Shown in pieces: positions 27,601 through 36,361 of a stretch of 64,000 nucleotides of DNA. This stretch comes from an uncultured Gemmatimonadales bacterium (lineage in GTDB: Bacteria > Gemmatimonadota > Gemmatimonadetes > Gemmatimonadales > GWC2-71-9). The stretch spans positions 128,001-192,000 of the forward strand of contig CAVSLV010000004.1 in assembly GCA_963728915.1 (NCBI GenBank), read 5' to 3'. The position numbers and the translations under genes were made by a program. The notes below the pieces were generated by a model. The model was not told the origin of the DNA. It did not search any database and saw only the letters and a program-made list of their open reading frames with translations. The stretch's first letter is position 1. The number at the start of each line of letters is the position of its first letter.

Positions 27601-27913
27601 GTTGGCGCCCCACAGCAGGGATCTCTGGCCGCTGGTCCACACCGGTCAGTCGCGACGGATCGGCGAGCTTCTGGAGGCCGATCCCACCGTTGCCCGGAGC
27701 ACCAGCGAGTCGGGGGAGACCCTGCTGATGTGGCTGCCTGAGGATGACGCAGCCGCCGTGGAGGTCGCGCGGGGGTTGATGGCGCGGGGAGCGGATCCGG
27801 GCGCCCGTACCCCGCAGGGACTGACGGCCGCGGATATCGCGGACCGGCGCGGGCTGGTGGCCGCGGCGGCGTTCCTGCGAAAGGCTGCTAGCGACCGGCC
27901 GCCTGGAAGCTGA
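24686..27913 (+). CDS. Large ankyrin-repeat protein (1075 aa, two fused modules)
   Basis: Many TPLH/TALH..A..LL..GADPN repeats; N-terminal LENLK.EAK..L...Q..VAR..GF.GW domain; GGAGG RBS. Confidence 0.92.
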   Translation: MPRTLTSASSLENLKGEAKRWLKALRAHEPEAVARFRQYHPNPPTDPGLRDVQLAVARACGFPGWTALKAELARRAAAPGAGPDPLQQLLGAANRGDPAACAGILAGEPELLNQSGILPGHTGRRTALHFAMNSMEEGVIDLLLERGADPNLRDEGDNATPLHFAAEKGKLSVVRRLIEHGADPIGDGDLHELTIIGWSVCFDYAYHPEVAEYLLAHGARHTIFSATAMGAIDLIREIAARAPADLDRRMDRTNRHRTPLHLAIVKNQPSALATLLALGANPEIEDQAGLTPLDQAALHGRRGMAEALLQAGAKLRLPAAVALDRDADLQRLLAESPETLRPGGRWDRLIIRASERGSARTIETLIGAGASVHVRDDYRTAVDSTHGYTALHAAAFHGNVEAARVLLAHGANPSDRDDKYWGSPAGWAFFAKHEAVGRMILQGPIDLFDAVGYDRIDRIPEILKRDPFALERRFGEYVNGDPKPREWVDPAWTPIFFAIAEGKAEAVVGLLDAGASLAGWDAQGRTPIDLAAERRQPELVRLLERRPPRGRIAALPEIDQHVADFLQWACLDWRVGGAWRARRNRDADRLLATHPEIATANLVTAVVSGETARVHALLAETPGAASAIGGPRSWPPLLYLTAARLESKKAQRESVTIARLLLDHGADPNVFYLGGNADIHYTALTAVLGRGEELGAMHPRAKELTELLLERGASPHDNQVLYNVFADNTSRHLLTDDIVWLLELLYRSSIRRGCQADWTNPEWPMFDMKGAPSLGDEHKRKSGARFLLEAAIDRNLLRMAEWLLAHGAGPNTTSGNVWKQDANLSLYQLAVRKGHREMADLLARFGARRETVPVGEEGRFVEACLSLDENEVRDALSRHPGYLSSSRALFAAVNQGRTDVLQFLLDLGVSPDVEGPEYPGQRALHLAAAKDEVDSARLLLARGAEADPRDSRHQGTPLGWAAWFGNERVIKVLAPHSRDLWPLVHTGQSRRIGELLEADPTVARSTSESGETLLMWLPEDDAAAVEVARGLMARGADPGARTPQGLTAADIADRRGLVAAAAFLRKAASDRPPGS

Positions 27914-29468
27914 CCAGCAGCCCCATCAGCCCTGCCAGCGCGAGACTGTGGAAGAAGACGTAGCGGAGGATCCGCCCCTCCGCGCCGTGCGCTCCGGTCA
28001 CGGTCCCGGCCACCACGATGCTCTGGGCGTCGATCATCTTGCCCATGACCCCGCCGGAGGAGTTGGCGGCCGCCATCAGAACGGGATCGATTCCGAGCTG
28101 TCGCGCGGTGAGCGACTGGAGGCTTCCGAACAGCACGTTGCTCGAGGTGTCGGACCCGGTCAGCGCGACCCCCAGCCAGCCGAGCATGGTGCCGAAGAAG
28201 GGGTACAGGATCCCGGTGCGCGCAAAGGCCAGGCCGAGGGTTCCGTCCAGCCCGGCGTAGCGGGTTAGGAACCCGATCGCCATCATGAGGGCAATGGTCA
28301 GCAGCGACGCGCGGACCAGCCGGAGCGTGGCGATCCAGGTCGCGCCGAGCTCCCGGAGCCCGTATCGCAAGACGATCGCGCTGAGCAGGGCCGCGACCAG
28401 GATGCCGGTGCCGGTCGCCGAGAGCCAGTTGAATGTGAAGATCGCCGGCTCCGGCTGGGCGGCCGGGACGATCGGGGGCATGCGTTCGACCAGGTGATGG
28501 AGTCCGGGCACGGCGAACGCCGGAGCGGACCACCGGTTGAGAAGGTTCTTGATCTGGGGCAGCCCCCAGAGAAAGACCAGCACCGTCAGGATCGCCCAGG
28601 GAGCCATGGCTTTCCCGGGCTCAGGCTCCAAGGGCGATGCCCTGTCAGGAGTCCGGTTGGGGCGCCACACTTGCAGGAACAGCACCAGGGCGAGCATCGA
28701 AGAGGCCCCGGCCACGATGTCCACCAGCCAGGGCCCGTGGAGGGTCGCCATGAGAAACTGGGGGATGGCGAACCCCGCGCCGGCGACGAGGACGGCAGGC
28801 CAGATTCCCCGGAGACCGCGCCAGCCGGAGTAGGCCACCACCAGCCAGAACGGGACGATCAGCGAGAACAGGGGAAGCTGATGCCCGACCTGGGCGCTCA
28901 AGGCGCGCAGGTCGAGCCCGGTCACCCCTTGCAGGGCGACGATGGGTGTTCCCAGCGCTCCGAAGGCGACCGGCGCGGTGTTGGCAATGAGGGCCAGGCC
29001 GGAGGCTTCGATCGCGGGGAACCCCAGGGCGATCAGCAGGCCGCCGGTGACCGCCACCGGGGTTCCGAAGCCCGCCGCCCCTTCGATAAACGCCCCGAAG
29101 GAGAACGCCACGAGGAGGAGCTGAAGCCGCTTGTCGTCGGTGAGTCGAGCGATCCGTTTCTGGAGAGCGGTCAGCAATCCGCGACGGCGAACCAGCTCGT
29201 ACAGGAAGATGACGTTGAGCACGATCCAGCCGATCGGGAAGAGTCCGTAGCCCGCGCCGTACAGCGCGGCGGCGAGCGACATGCCGGCCGGCATGGAGAA
29301 CACCAGCACCGCCACCAGCAGGGCGGTCGCCGCGCCGAGCAGGGCGGCGAGGGGAGCGCGGAGCCGGAGCCAGGCCAGGCAGCCGAGCAGGACCACCACG
29401 GGCAGCGCCGCTGCCAGCGTGGACCAGAACGCGGAGTGGAGCGGATCGTAGCGCTGGGGCCAGCTCAC
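27888..29468 (-). CDS. lctP: L-lactate permease
   Basis: [47 protein letters not shown]. Confidence 0.95.
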   Translation of the reverse strand: MSWPQRYDPLHSAFWSTLAAALPVVVLLGCLAWLRLRAPLAALLGAATALLVAVLVFSMPAGMSLAAALYGAGYGLFPIGWIVLNVIFLYELVRRRGLLTALQKRIARLTDDKRLQLLLVAFSFGAFIEGAAGFGTPVAVTGGLLIALGFPAIEASGLALIANTAPVAFGALGTPIVALQGVTGLDLRALSAQVGHQLPLFSLIVPFWLVVAYSGWRGLRGIWPAVLVAGAGFAIPQFLMATLHGPWLVDIVAGASSMLALVLFLQVWRPNRTPDRASPLEPEPGKAMAPWAILTVLVFLWGLPQIKNLLNRWSAPAFAVPGLHHLVERMPPIVPAAQPEPAIFTFNWLSATGTGILVAALLSAIVLRYGLRELGATWIATLRLVRASLLTIALMMAIGFLTRYAGLDGTLGLAFARTGILYPFFGTMLGWLGVALTGSDTSSNVLFGSLQSLTARQLGIDPVLMAAANSSGGVMGKMIDAQSIVVAGTVTGAHGAEGRILRYVFFHSLALAGLMGLLVSFQAAGR

Positions 29469-29472
29469 GCGA

Positions 29473-30030
29473 TCAGGGAGAAGGCGGGGCCAGGTAGAGG
29501 GAGGGAAACCGGGCTTTCAGCCGGGCCAGCTTCGGGACGTCGTTGGTCGCGATGTACGGATCGGTGAGATGGCGCGCCGCGTAGCCCTGGTGGAAGGCTT
29601 CCGCCATTCGGAACGTGGTGAGCGGCTGGACCTCGGTGACGATCGGCTGGGAGAACGCGTGGGACGTCGTGAGCTCGCTGATGTACGCCTCGACCTCGCG
29701 GCGCTGGCCGGAGTCGGCGGGAAAGACGATGGCCCGATACTCGGGCCCGGCGTCGGGACCCTGGCGGTCCCGTGAGGTCGGATCGTGGGCGACCAGGAAG
29801 AAAATCTCGAGCAGCTCGCGATAGCTCACCGTCCCGGGGTCGAACCGTAGCTCCACCGATTCCACTTCCCCAGGCCCATAACCCGCGATCGCGCGCTGTA
29901 CCCCTTTCACGTGCTCGAAGACCCATTCGACCCCCCAGAAACAGCCGCCCGCGAATACCGCGCGGGCTTCCGGCGCGCGACCAGCGGTCAACGCCATGGC
30001 CGCCGTGAGCAGCGAGGTCAAACCGATCAT
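29473..30030 (-). CDS. msrA: Peptide-methionine (S)-S-oxide reductase, exported, internally shortened
   Basis: [33 protein letters not shown] overlaps upstream stop. Confidence 0.88.
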   Translation of the reverse strand: MIGLTSLLTAAMALTAGRAPEARAVFAGGCFWGVEWVFEHVKGVQRAIAGYGPGEVESVELRFDPGTVSYRELLEIFFLVAHDPTSRDRQGPDAGPEYRAIVFPADSGQRREVEAYISELTTSHAFSQPIVTEVQPLTTFRMAEAFHQGYAARHLTDPYIATNDVPKLARLKARFPSLYLAPPSP

Positions 30031-31103
30031 GAGCCCACCCCAATCAGGTCGGAAGAAATATCGCCCAGGCTCGGAGTCCCCGAGAGCGCCATGGCCAGAT
30101 CCAACTCGTCCCGGAGCAGGCTCAACACCCGGGCGGCGCCCGCTTCGCCGTCCAGCGCGAGTCCCCAGAGGACGGGGCGCCCGACCATGACCGCCTTCGC
30201 GCCCAGCGCCAGGGCCTTCACGATGTCGGTCCCTCGGCGAACCCCGCCGTCCATCATGACGGTCAGCCGGGCTCCCACCGCCTCGGCGACGGAGCCCAGG
30301 GCATCGAGCGAGGGAATCGCGGTGTCGAGCTGGCGCCCGCCGTGGTTCGAGACCACCAGGGCCTCCGCGCCATGGTCCGCCGCCCGGCGCGCGTCGTCGG
30401 CGCGGAGGATCCCCTTCAGCACGAGCGGGAGGCGGGAGAGCGAGCTGAGCCACTCCAGATCGCGCCAGGAAAAAGAGGCGTCGCGCATCCCGTGGATGAA
30501 GGCGCGGAGCCGGGAACCTTCATCATCGGCCTGGAGCGGGCCACTGGCACGGGGAGTAAAGTTGGCGACCCGGAGGTCGGGCGAGAGGCGGAACCGATTC
30601 CGCTCATCGCGCTCCCGGCGGCCGATTTCGGCGACGTCCACCGTCAGCACCAGGGCGCGGTACCCCGCCGCCTCGGCGCGCTGCACGAGGTCCGCGGTGA
30701 TGCCGCGGTCCTGATGGACGTAGAGCTGAAACCAGAGCGGGCCGGTCGCCGCCGCGCTGACCTCCTCCAGGGAACAGGTGGCGAAGGTGCTGACCGTCAT
30801 CAGCATGCCGACCGATCCGGCGGCGCGGGCGGTCGCCAGCTCGCCCTCCGGGTGGGCCAGGCGCTGAAAGGCCATCGGGGCGACCACGATGGGCGCCGCG
30901 AGCTGAGCGCCCAGGAGGGAGACTCCGAGATCGCGACAGCTCACGTCCACCAGCATCCGGGGCAGCAGGTGTCTCCGCTCGAAGGCCCGGCGGTTTCCCG
31001 CCAGCGTGACTTCGTCGCCCGATCCGCCGGCGTAGTACTCGAAGACCTCGATGGGAAGGCGGTCCCGGGCCAGCCGTTCGGTCTCGTGAAGGTTGAGAAA
31101 CAT
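30027..31103 (-). CDS. FMN-dependent alpha-hydroxy acid oxidase/dehydrogenase (lactate or glycolate)
   Basis: APMA, WFQLY, TVD, LKG, SNHGGRQLD, DGGVRRG. Confidence 0.93.
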   Translation of the reverse strand: MFLNLHETERLARDRLPIEVFEYYAGGSGDEVTLAGNRRAFERRHLLPRMLVDVSCRDLGVSLLGAQLAAPIVVAPMAFQRLAHPEGELATARAAGSVGMLMTVSTFATCSLEEVSAAATGPLWFQLYVHQDRGITADLVQRAEAAGYRALVLTVDVAEIGRRERDERNRFRLSPDLRVANFTPRASGPLQADDEGSRLRAFIHGMRDASFSWRDLEWLSSLSRLPLVLKGILRADDARRAADHGAEALVVSNHGGRQLDTAIPSLDALGSVAEAVGARLTVMMDGGVRRGTDIVKALALGAKAVMVGRPVLWGLALDGEAGAARVLSLLRDELDLAMALSGTPSLGDISSDLIGVGS

Positions 31104-31154
31104 TCTGTCCGGGGTTTCGTCAGGGTGCTAATCTATACCATGCCCCCGGCCACG

Positions 31155-32843
31155 ATGCCATCCGAGTTTCTTGCCCTCCAGAACGCGGTGGCCGGGCGGT
31201 TCGCCCTGGACCGCGAGCTGGGTCGCGGCGGGATGGGCATCGTCTACCTTGCGCGTGACCTCGCGCTCGATCGTCCGGTCGCGATCAAGCTGCTTCCGTC
31301 GGTGTTGGCCGGGCATCCCTCCCTGCGGGAGCGCTTCCTCCGGGAAGCCCGCACGGCGGCCCGACTCTCCCATCCCAACATCGTCCCGATTCATCAGGTG
31401 GAAGCGCAGGGCGACCTCGCCTGGTTCGTCATGGCCTACATCGACGGAGAGACGCTGGCCGAGCGGGTGCAGCGGCAAGGTCCGCTCGCCCCGGAGGAGG
31501 CGCTCCGGATTCTTCAGGAAATGGCCTGGGCGCTCGCGTACGCGCACCGGAACGGCGTCATCCACCGCGATGTCAAGCCGGGGAATATCCTGCTCGAGCG
31601 GGGCAGCGGCCGGTCCCTGCTCAGCGATTTCGGGATTGCCCTGGTGGAAGCCATCACCCCGGCGCGGGGCAGCGAGGTGATCGGCACGGTTCGCTACATG
31701 AGTCCGGAGCAGGTCGCGGGTGCCACGATCGACGGACGCAGCGACCTTTTCGCGCTCGGCGCGGTCGCGACCTTCGCGCTCACCGGGCGGACGCCGTCCG
31801 AGGGAGGCGCGGCCGGCCTCAGCGCGCCCCGGCTGGCCCCGATCGTGCTTCGCTGCCTGGCGCTGGATCCGGCGGAGCGGTTCCCCGACGGCGAGTCCCT
31901 CGCCGATGCGCTGGACGCCGCGCGGGGCCGGGCCATCGTCGTGGCCCCTCCGGTGCGCGAGTTCGTCGAGCTGTACAAGACCCTTGCCGTCGAGATCGCG
32001 GGTTATGCAGCGGTCGTGGTGGTGCTCGCCGCGGAGCTGCTCCTGGTGTCTTCTCTCTGGATTCAAGCCGCCATCCTCGGGGGCGTGCTGGCCTGGGCCT
32101 TCTTCGGCACGGTGGGGCTCGGCATTCTCCGGTTCGTGCAGCTGGTCCGGGCCGCCCGCCGGCTCCAGAACCAGGGTTACGGGCTCGCCAATGTCCGCTC
32201 CGCCCTGGAGCAGCCCGCCGCCGCGGCAACCGGGCGGCGATGGAGCGGGTTAGGAAAGGCGGCTGCCCTGCTCGGAGGCCTGGCCGGCGCCGTCCTCTGG
32301 GGCCTGGCGTTCCGCTGGCAGATCACCTTCTCCCTCGGCTGGGTGCTCGACGGGATCATCATGGCCGCCTTCACCCTGGCGCCGGTCGTCGCGGTCCGGG
32401 CCGGGATCAGCCGGATGCTTCGGCCCGGCAGGCAGGGGTGGTGGTCCCGCTTCTGGTGGAAAACGCTGGAATGGAAGGTGTTCCGGCTGGCCCGGTCGAA
32501 GCGAGTCGAGGCGGCTCCCCAGGATCCCACCGAGGTCGCGCTGGGCGAGGGCGCCCGGGAGCTGTTCGCGCTCCTCCCCGACGACCTTCGGGCGAAGTTT
32601 GCCGACGTGCCCGGTGTCCTCCAGCGGATCCAGGCCCAGGCCGGTCGGCTCCGGGCTCGAACCGGGCCGGACGGCGACGGACGGCTGGGATCGAGCCTCG
32701 CCGCGCTGGAACAGGTCCGCCTCGACCTGCTACGATTGCGCGCCGATCAGGCCGGCGACCGGGATCTCACCGACGATCTCGACGCGGCGCGACGGGTGGC
32801 TGAGGATATCGAGCGGTTTCTCGAGGCGAAGCGCGAGGTCTAG
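31155..32843 (+). CDS. Hanks-type Ser/Thr kinase with 4 TM helices and helical C-terminal domain
   Basis: GRGGMG, HRDVKPGN, DFG, YMSPE; start 31155 or 31140, not 30342. Confidence 0.9.
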   Translation: MPSEFLALQNAVAGRFALDRELGRGGMGIVYLARDLALDRPVAIKLLPSVLAGHPSLRERFLREARTAARLSHPNIVPIHQVEAQGDLAWFVMAYIDGETLAERVQRQGPLAPEEALRILQEMAWALAYAHRNGVIHRDVKPGNILLERGSGRSLLSDFGIALVEAITPARGSEVIGTVRYMSPEQVAGATIDGRSDLFALGAVATFALTGRTPSEGGAAGLSAPRLAPIVLRCLALDPAERFPDGESLADALDAARGRAIVVAPPVREFVELYKTLAVEIAGYAAVVVVLAAELLLVSSLWIQAAILGGVLAWAFFGTVGLGILRFVQLVRAARRLQNQGYGLANVRSALEQPAAAATGRRWSGLGKAAALLGGLAGAVLWGLAFRWQITFSLGWVLDGIIMAAFTLAPVVAVRAGISRMLRPGRQGWWSRFWWKTLEWKVFRLARSKRVEAAPQDPTEVALGEGARELFALLPDDLRAKFADVPGVLQRIQAQAGRLRARTGPDGDGRLGSSLAALEQVRLDLLRLRADQAGDRDLTDDLDAARRVAEDIERFLEAKREV

Positions 32844-33592
32844 CCGGAGGTCTTCTTCCGGAACAATCCCGCCAGCTTGACCAGCGGATCGAAGGCCTGG
32901 TCGACCACCCGCTCCTTGAGCGGAATGATGGCGTTGTCGGTGATCGCGATGTGCTCGGGGCACACCTTGGTGCAGCACTTGGTGATGTTGCAGTACCCGA
33001 TGCCTTGGGCCTTGCGCAGCTCTTCCCGCCGGTCGAGGGTGTCGAGCGGATGCATTTCGAGCGCCGCGGTGTGAACCAGGAAGCGGGGCCCGATGAATTC
33101 CTCATGCAGGTGGTGATCCCGGAGCACGTGACAGACGTCCTGACAGAGAAAACACTCGATGCACTTCCGGAACTCCTGGATCCGGTCCACGTCCTCCTGC
33201 TGCATCCGCCAGGTGCCGTCCGGGGCGTCGGGTTTCCGGGGCGTGAAGGGCCGGATCTTCTTCTTGACCCGGAAATTCCAGCTCACGTCGGTCACCAGGT
33301 CCCGATGGTGCGGGAAGGTCCGCATCGGCTCGATGGTGACCGGCTCCGCGAGATTCACCTCGTTGAGGCGGGTCATGCACATGAGCTTGGGATAGCCGTT
33401 GATTTCCGCGGAGCAGGAACCGCACTTCCCGGCCTTGCAGTTCCACCGCACCGCGAGGTCGGGCGCCTGCTCGGCCTGGATCTGGTGGACCGCGTCGAGC
33501 ACCACCATGCCCTCTGAAGTCTCGGTGGCGTAGTCCACGAAGCTTCCATTGCCGTGGTCGCCGCGCCAGATCCGGAAGGTCGCCTTGGCCAT
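32840..33592 (-). CDS. sdhB: Succinate dehydrogenase Fe-S subunit (Sdh1 type)
   Basis: CKAGKCGSC, CIECFLCQDVC, CNITKCCTKVCP. Confidence 0.95.
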   Translation of the reverse strand: MAKATFRIWRGDHGNGSFVDYATETSEGMVVLDAVHQIQAEQAPDLAVRWNCKAGKCGSCSAEINGYPKLMCMTRLNEVNLAEPVTIEPMRTFPHHRDLVTDVSWNFRVKKKIRPFTPRKPDAPDGTWRMQQEDVDRIQEFRKCIECFLCQDVCHVLRDHHLHEEFIGPRFLVHTAALEMHPLDTLDRREELRKAQGIGYCNITKCCTKVCPEHIAITDNAIIPLKERVVDQAFDPLVKLAGLFRKKTSG

Positions 33593-35404
33593 CTATTGAT
33601 TCTCCTTCACGATCTGCTGGAGCTCGTCGGGCATCGGAGGGATGGTGACCCAGCGGGATTGCATCGCCCCGCCGGGCCCCTGCTCCAGCACGAGATTGAC
33701 CTTGCCCAGCTCGGCGGATTTCTGCGGGTAGTCGTCCCGGAAGTGGCCTCCCCGGCTTTCCTTGCGCTCCAGCGCTGCGCGGAGACTTGCCTCGGAAACG
33801 GTCAGCAGGTGCTCGAGATCGAGGGCGGTGTGCCAGCCGGGGTTGTATTCCCGGTTCCCCGTCGCGCCGGCCTGGCGGGCGCGCGCCTTGAGCTTCTCGA
33901 GTCCGTCGGCGGCTCTCCGCATCTCGTCTTCCCGTCGCACGATGCCGACCAGGTCCTGCATCATGGTCTGCAACTCGTGCTGGATCGCGTAGGGATTCTC
34001 GCCCCCGGCGCGATCGAAGGGAGCCAGCGCTTCCCGCTCCGCCTCGGCGACTTCACCCGCATCGGGCGCCACGGCCGACTGGCTCTTCGCGAACGCGGCG
34101 GCGTGCTCGCCGGCGCGCTTGCCGAACACCAGCAGGTCGGAGAGCGAGTTGCCTCCCAGCCGGTTGGCGCCATGGAGCCCCGCGGCGACTTCTCCTGCGG
34201 CGAACAGTCCCGGCACGGTGGTCATCTGGGTATCGCCATCCACCCGGACTCCACCCATCACGTAGTGCGTGGTGGGGCCGATCTCCATCGGGGTAGTGGT
34301 GATGTCGATGTCGGCGAGCTGCTTGAACTGATGATACATGCTGGGGAGCTTTTTCTTGATGTGCTCCGCCGCGTTGGGAAGCTTCTCCTTGATCCAGGAG
34401 ATGTCGAGATAGACCCCGCCATGCGGGCTCCCCCGGCCTTCCTTGACTTCGCGCACGATGCACCGGGCCACGTGGTCGCGGGTCAGGAGCTCGGGAGGGC
34501 GCCGGGCCTCCTTGTCTCCGATGACGTAGCGCCAGCCTTCTTCCGGCGTGGCCGCCGTCTGGTTCTTGTAGAGCTCGGGGATGTCATCGAACATGAACCG
34601 GCGGCCTTCCTTGTTGAGCAGAATGCCGCCTTCGCCCCGTACCCCTTCCGTCACCAGGATCCCGCGGACGCTGGGGGGCCAGACCATGCCGGTGGGATGG
34701 AACTGGATGAACTCCATGTCCTGGAGTGCCGCGCCTGCCCGGTAGGCGAGGGAGTGCCCGTCCCCGGTGTACTCCCAGCTGTTGCTGGTAATCTTGAACG
34801 CCCTTCCGATGCCGCCGGTGGCCAGGACGATGGCCTTGGCGCGGAACAGGCGGAATCGGCCTCGCTCCCGATCATAGGCGAGCGCTCCGGCCATCCGTCC
34901 ATCCCGCCGGAACAATCGGATGACGGTGACCTCCATGTGGACATCGATCCCCTGGTGCACTCCCTTGTCCTGGAGGGTCCGGATCATCTCGAGACCGGTG
35001 CGGTCTCCCACGTGGGCCAGCCGGGGATAGCGGTGCCCGCCGAAGTTGCGCTGGAGGATCCGGCCATCGGCGGTCCGATCGAACACGGCGCCCCAGGCTT
35101 CGAGCTCGCGGACCCGGTCGCCCGCCTCCCTGGCGTGCAGCTCGGCCATGCGCCAGTTGCTGAGATACTGGCCGCCCCGCATGGTATCGGCGAAGTGGAC
35201 TTTCCAGTTGTCCCGGTCGTCGACGTTGGCGAGCGCGGCGGCCACGCCGCCTTCCGCCATTACCGTGTGCGCCTTGCCGAGCAGCGATTTGCAAACCAGT
35301 CCGACCGAGACGCCCCGGGCGGACGCTTCGATGGCGGCGCGTAGCCCGGCGCCGCCCGCGCCGATCACCAGGACGTCGTGATCGAAGTGCTCGAGCTGGC
35401 TCAT
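33593..35404 (-). CDS. sdhA: Succinate dehydrogenase flavoprotein (Sdh1 type)
   Basis: GAGGAG, AHTVMAEGG, QFHPT, TEGVRGEG, HY.MGG, HGANRLGGNSL; ATG 35404 overlaps upstream stop. Confidence 0.95.
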   Translation of the reverse strand: MSQLEHFDHDVLVIGAGGAGLRAAIEASARGVSVGLVCKSLLGKAHTVMAEGGVAAALANVDDRDNWKVHFADTMRGGQYLSNWRMAELHAREAGDRVRELEAWGAVFDRTADGRILQRNFGGHRYPRLAHVGDRTGLEMIRTLQDKGVHQGIDVHMEVTVIRLFRRDGRMAGALAYDRERGRFRLFRAKAIVLATGGIGRAFKITSNSWEYTGDGHSLAYRAGAALQDMEFIQFHPTGMVWPPSVRGILVTEGVRGEGGILLNKEGRRFMFDDIPELYKNQTAATPEEGWRYVIGDKEARRPPELLTRDHVARCIVREVKEGRGSPHGGVYLDISWIKEKLPNAAEHIKKKLPSMYHQFKQLADIDITTTPMEIGPTTHYVMGGVRVDGDTQMTTVPGLFAAGEVAAGLHGANRLGGNSLSDLLVFGKRAGEHAAAFAKSQSAVAPDAGEVAEAEREALAPFDRAGGENPYAIQHELQTMMQDLVGIVRREDEMRRAADGLEKLKARARQAGATGNREYNPGWHTALDLEHLLTVSEASLRAALERKESRGGHFRDDYPQKSAELGKVNLVLEQGPGGAMQSRWVTIPPMPDELQQIVKENQ

Positions 35405-36207
35405 CAGAAGATCCGGAGGTCGTGCCAGACCCCGGTCGCGCAGAGCCGGATATAGATGTCGCTGAAGCCGACCGTGAACAGGCTCACCCAGGCCCAGCGG
35501 TGGTGCCTGGCGTTGAGGCAGCTCACGCAACGATAGGGGACCCGGAAGCCCGGTTTGCGGGAGAATTGATCCCGCCAGCCTCCCACGATGTGACGGAGCG
35601 AATGACAGCCGAGGGTGTATCCGCCGAGACACACCACGTTCACCGCGAGCAGGATGGTGCCGAGTCCCACGCCGAAACGGGTGGTGCCGGTCGCGGGATC
35701 AGCCCACCAGAGCGCCTTCCACACGTCGTACGAGAGGATCACGATGAAGGTGGTTGCGAAATACATCGCGTACCGGTGGATGTTCTGGAGGATGAGCGGG
35801 AAGGAGCGCTCCCCCAGATACTTCTTGCGCGGCTCGCCCACGGTGCAGGCGGGCGGATCGGCCCAGAACGCCTTGTAGTACGACCCGCGGTAGTAGTAGC
35901 ACGTCGCCCGGAACAGCAGGGGGAAGGGGAGGATGAGCAGCGCCGGACTGAACCGGAGCCAGGTGGGCCACCATCCGGGTTCTGGACCGAAGATGGCATG
36001 CGGGGAAGTGCCGAACAGCTCCGGGCTGTAGAAGGGAGAGAGGTACGGGCCCCAGGTGTAATTCTTTCCCTGGAACGCAGCCCAGGTCGCATAGACACCG
36101 AAGCTGCCCAGGATGATCAGCACCAGGAGCGGCTGCACCCACCACAGATCCCGCCGGGCGGTCCCGAGGAAACGCCGGCGGGTGAGGGGAACGGTCGCGT
36201 TGGTCAC
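35404..36207 (-). CDS. Succinate dehydrogenase membrane anchor (Rv0249c-like)
   Basis: YLSPFYSP, RATCYYYR, QNIHRY, GCHSLRH; coupled to sdhA. Confidence 0.88.
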   Translation of the reverse strand: MTNATVPLTRRRFLGTARRDLWWVQPLLVLIILGSFGVYATWAAFQGKNYTWGPYLSPFYSPELFGTSPHAIFGPEPGWWPTWLRFSPALLILPFPLLFRATCYYYRGSYYKAFWADPPACTVGEPRKKYLGERSFPLILQNIHRYAMYFATTFIVILSYDVWKALWWADPATGTTRFGVGLGTILLAVNVVCLGGYTLGCHSLRHIVGGWRDQFSRKPGFRVPYRCVSCLNARHHRWAWVSLFTVGFSDIYIRLCATGVWHDLRIF

Positions 36208-36237
36208 GAATGCTCCGGAAACGGGCGGAAACGACTG

Positions 36238-36266
36238 ATTCTAGCGGTTGGGCTCCCCCCGATCAA
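36238..36266 (-). promoter_or_regulatory. Sigma-70-type promoter for the sdh operon
   Basis: TTGATC-17 nt-TAGAAT on the minus strand. Confidence 0.65.
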
Positions 36267-36304
36267 GGCTCAACGTGAAGTGGGAGAACCAGTTACTCGT
36301 CCAT

Positions 36305-36333
36305 TTGACATTCGCTGGTCCGGGCGCGACTAT
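36305..36333 (+). promoter_or_regulatory. Sigma-70-type promoter for the EF-G-like gene
   Basis: TTGACA-17 nt-GACTAT. Confidence 0.6.
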
Positions 36334-36361
36334 CGGGGACCCCTGACCCAAAGGAGGCGGG

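Noticed and set aside
30342..31139. N-terminal extension of the kinase ORF in the track (similar extensions at 14054-15796, 29473-30453, 33593-35632, 42187-44904)
   Set aside because: The extensions overlap neighbouring genes; downstream starts fit homology, SD position or stop/start overlaps better.
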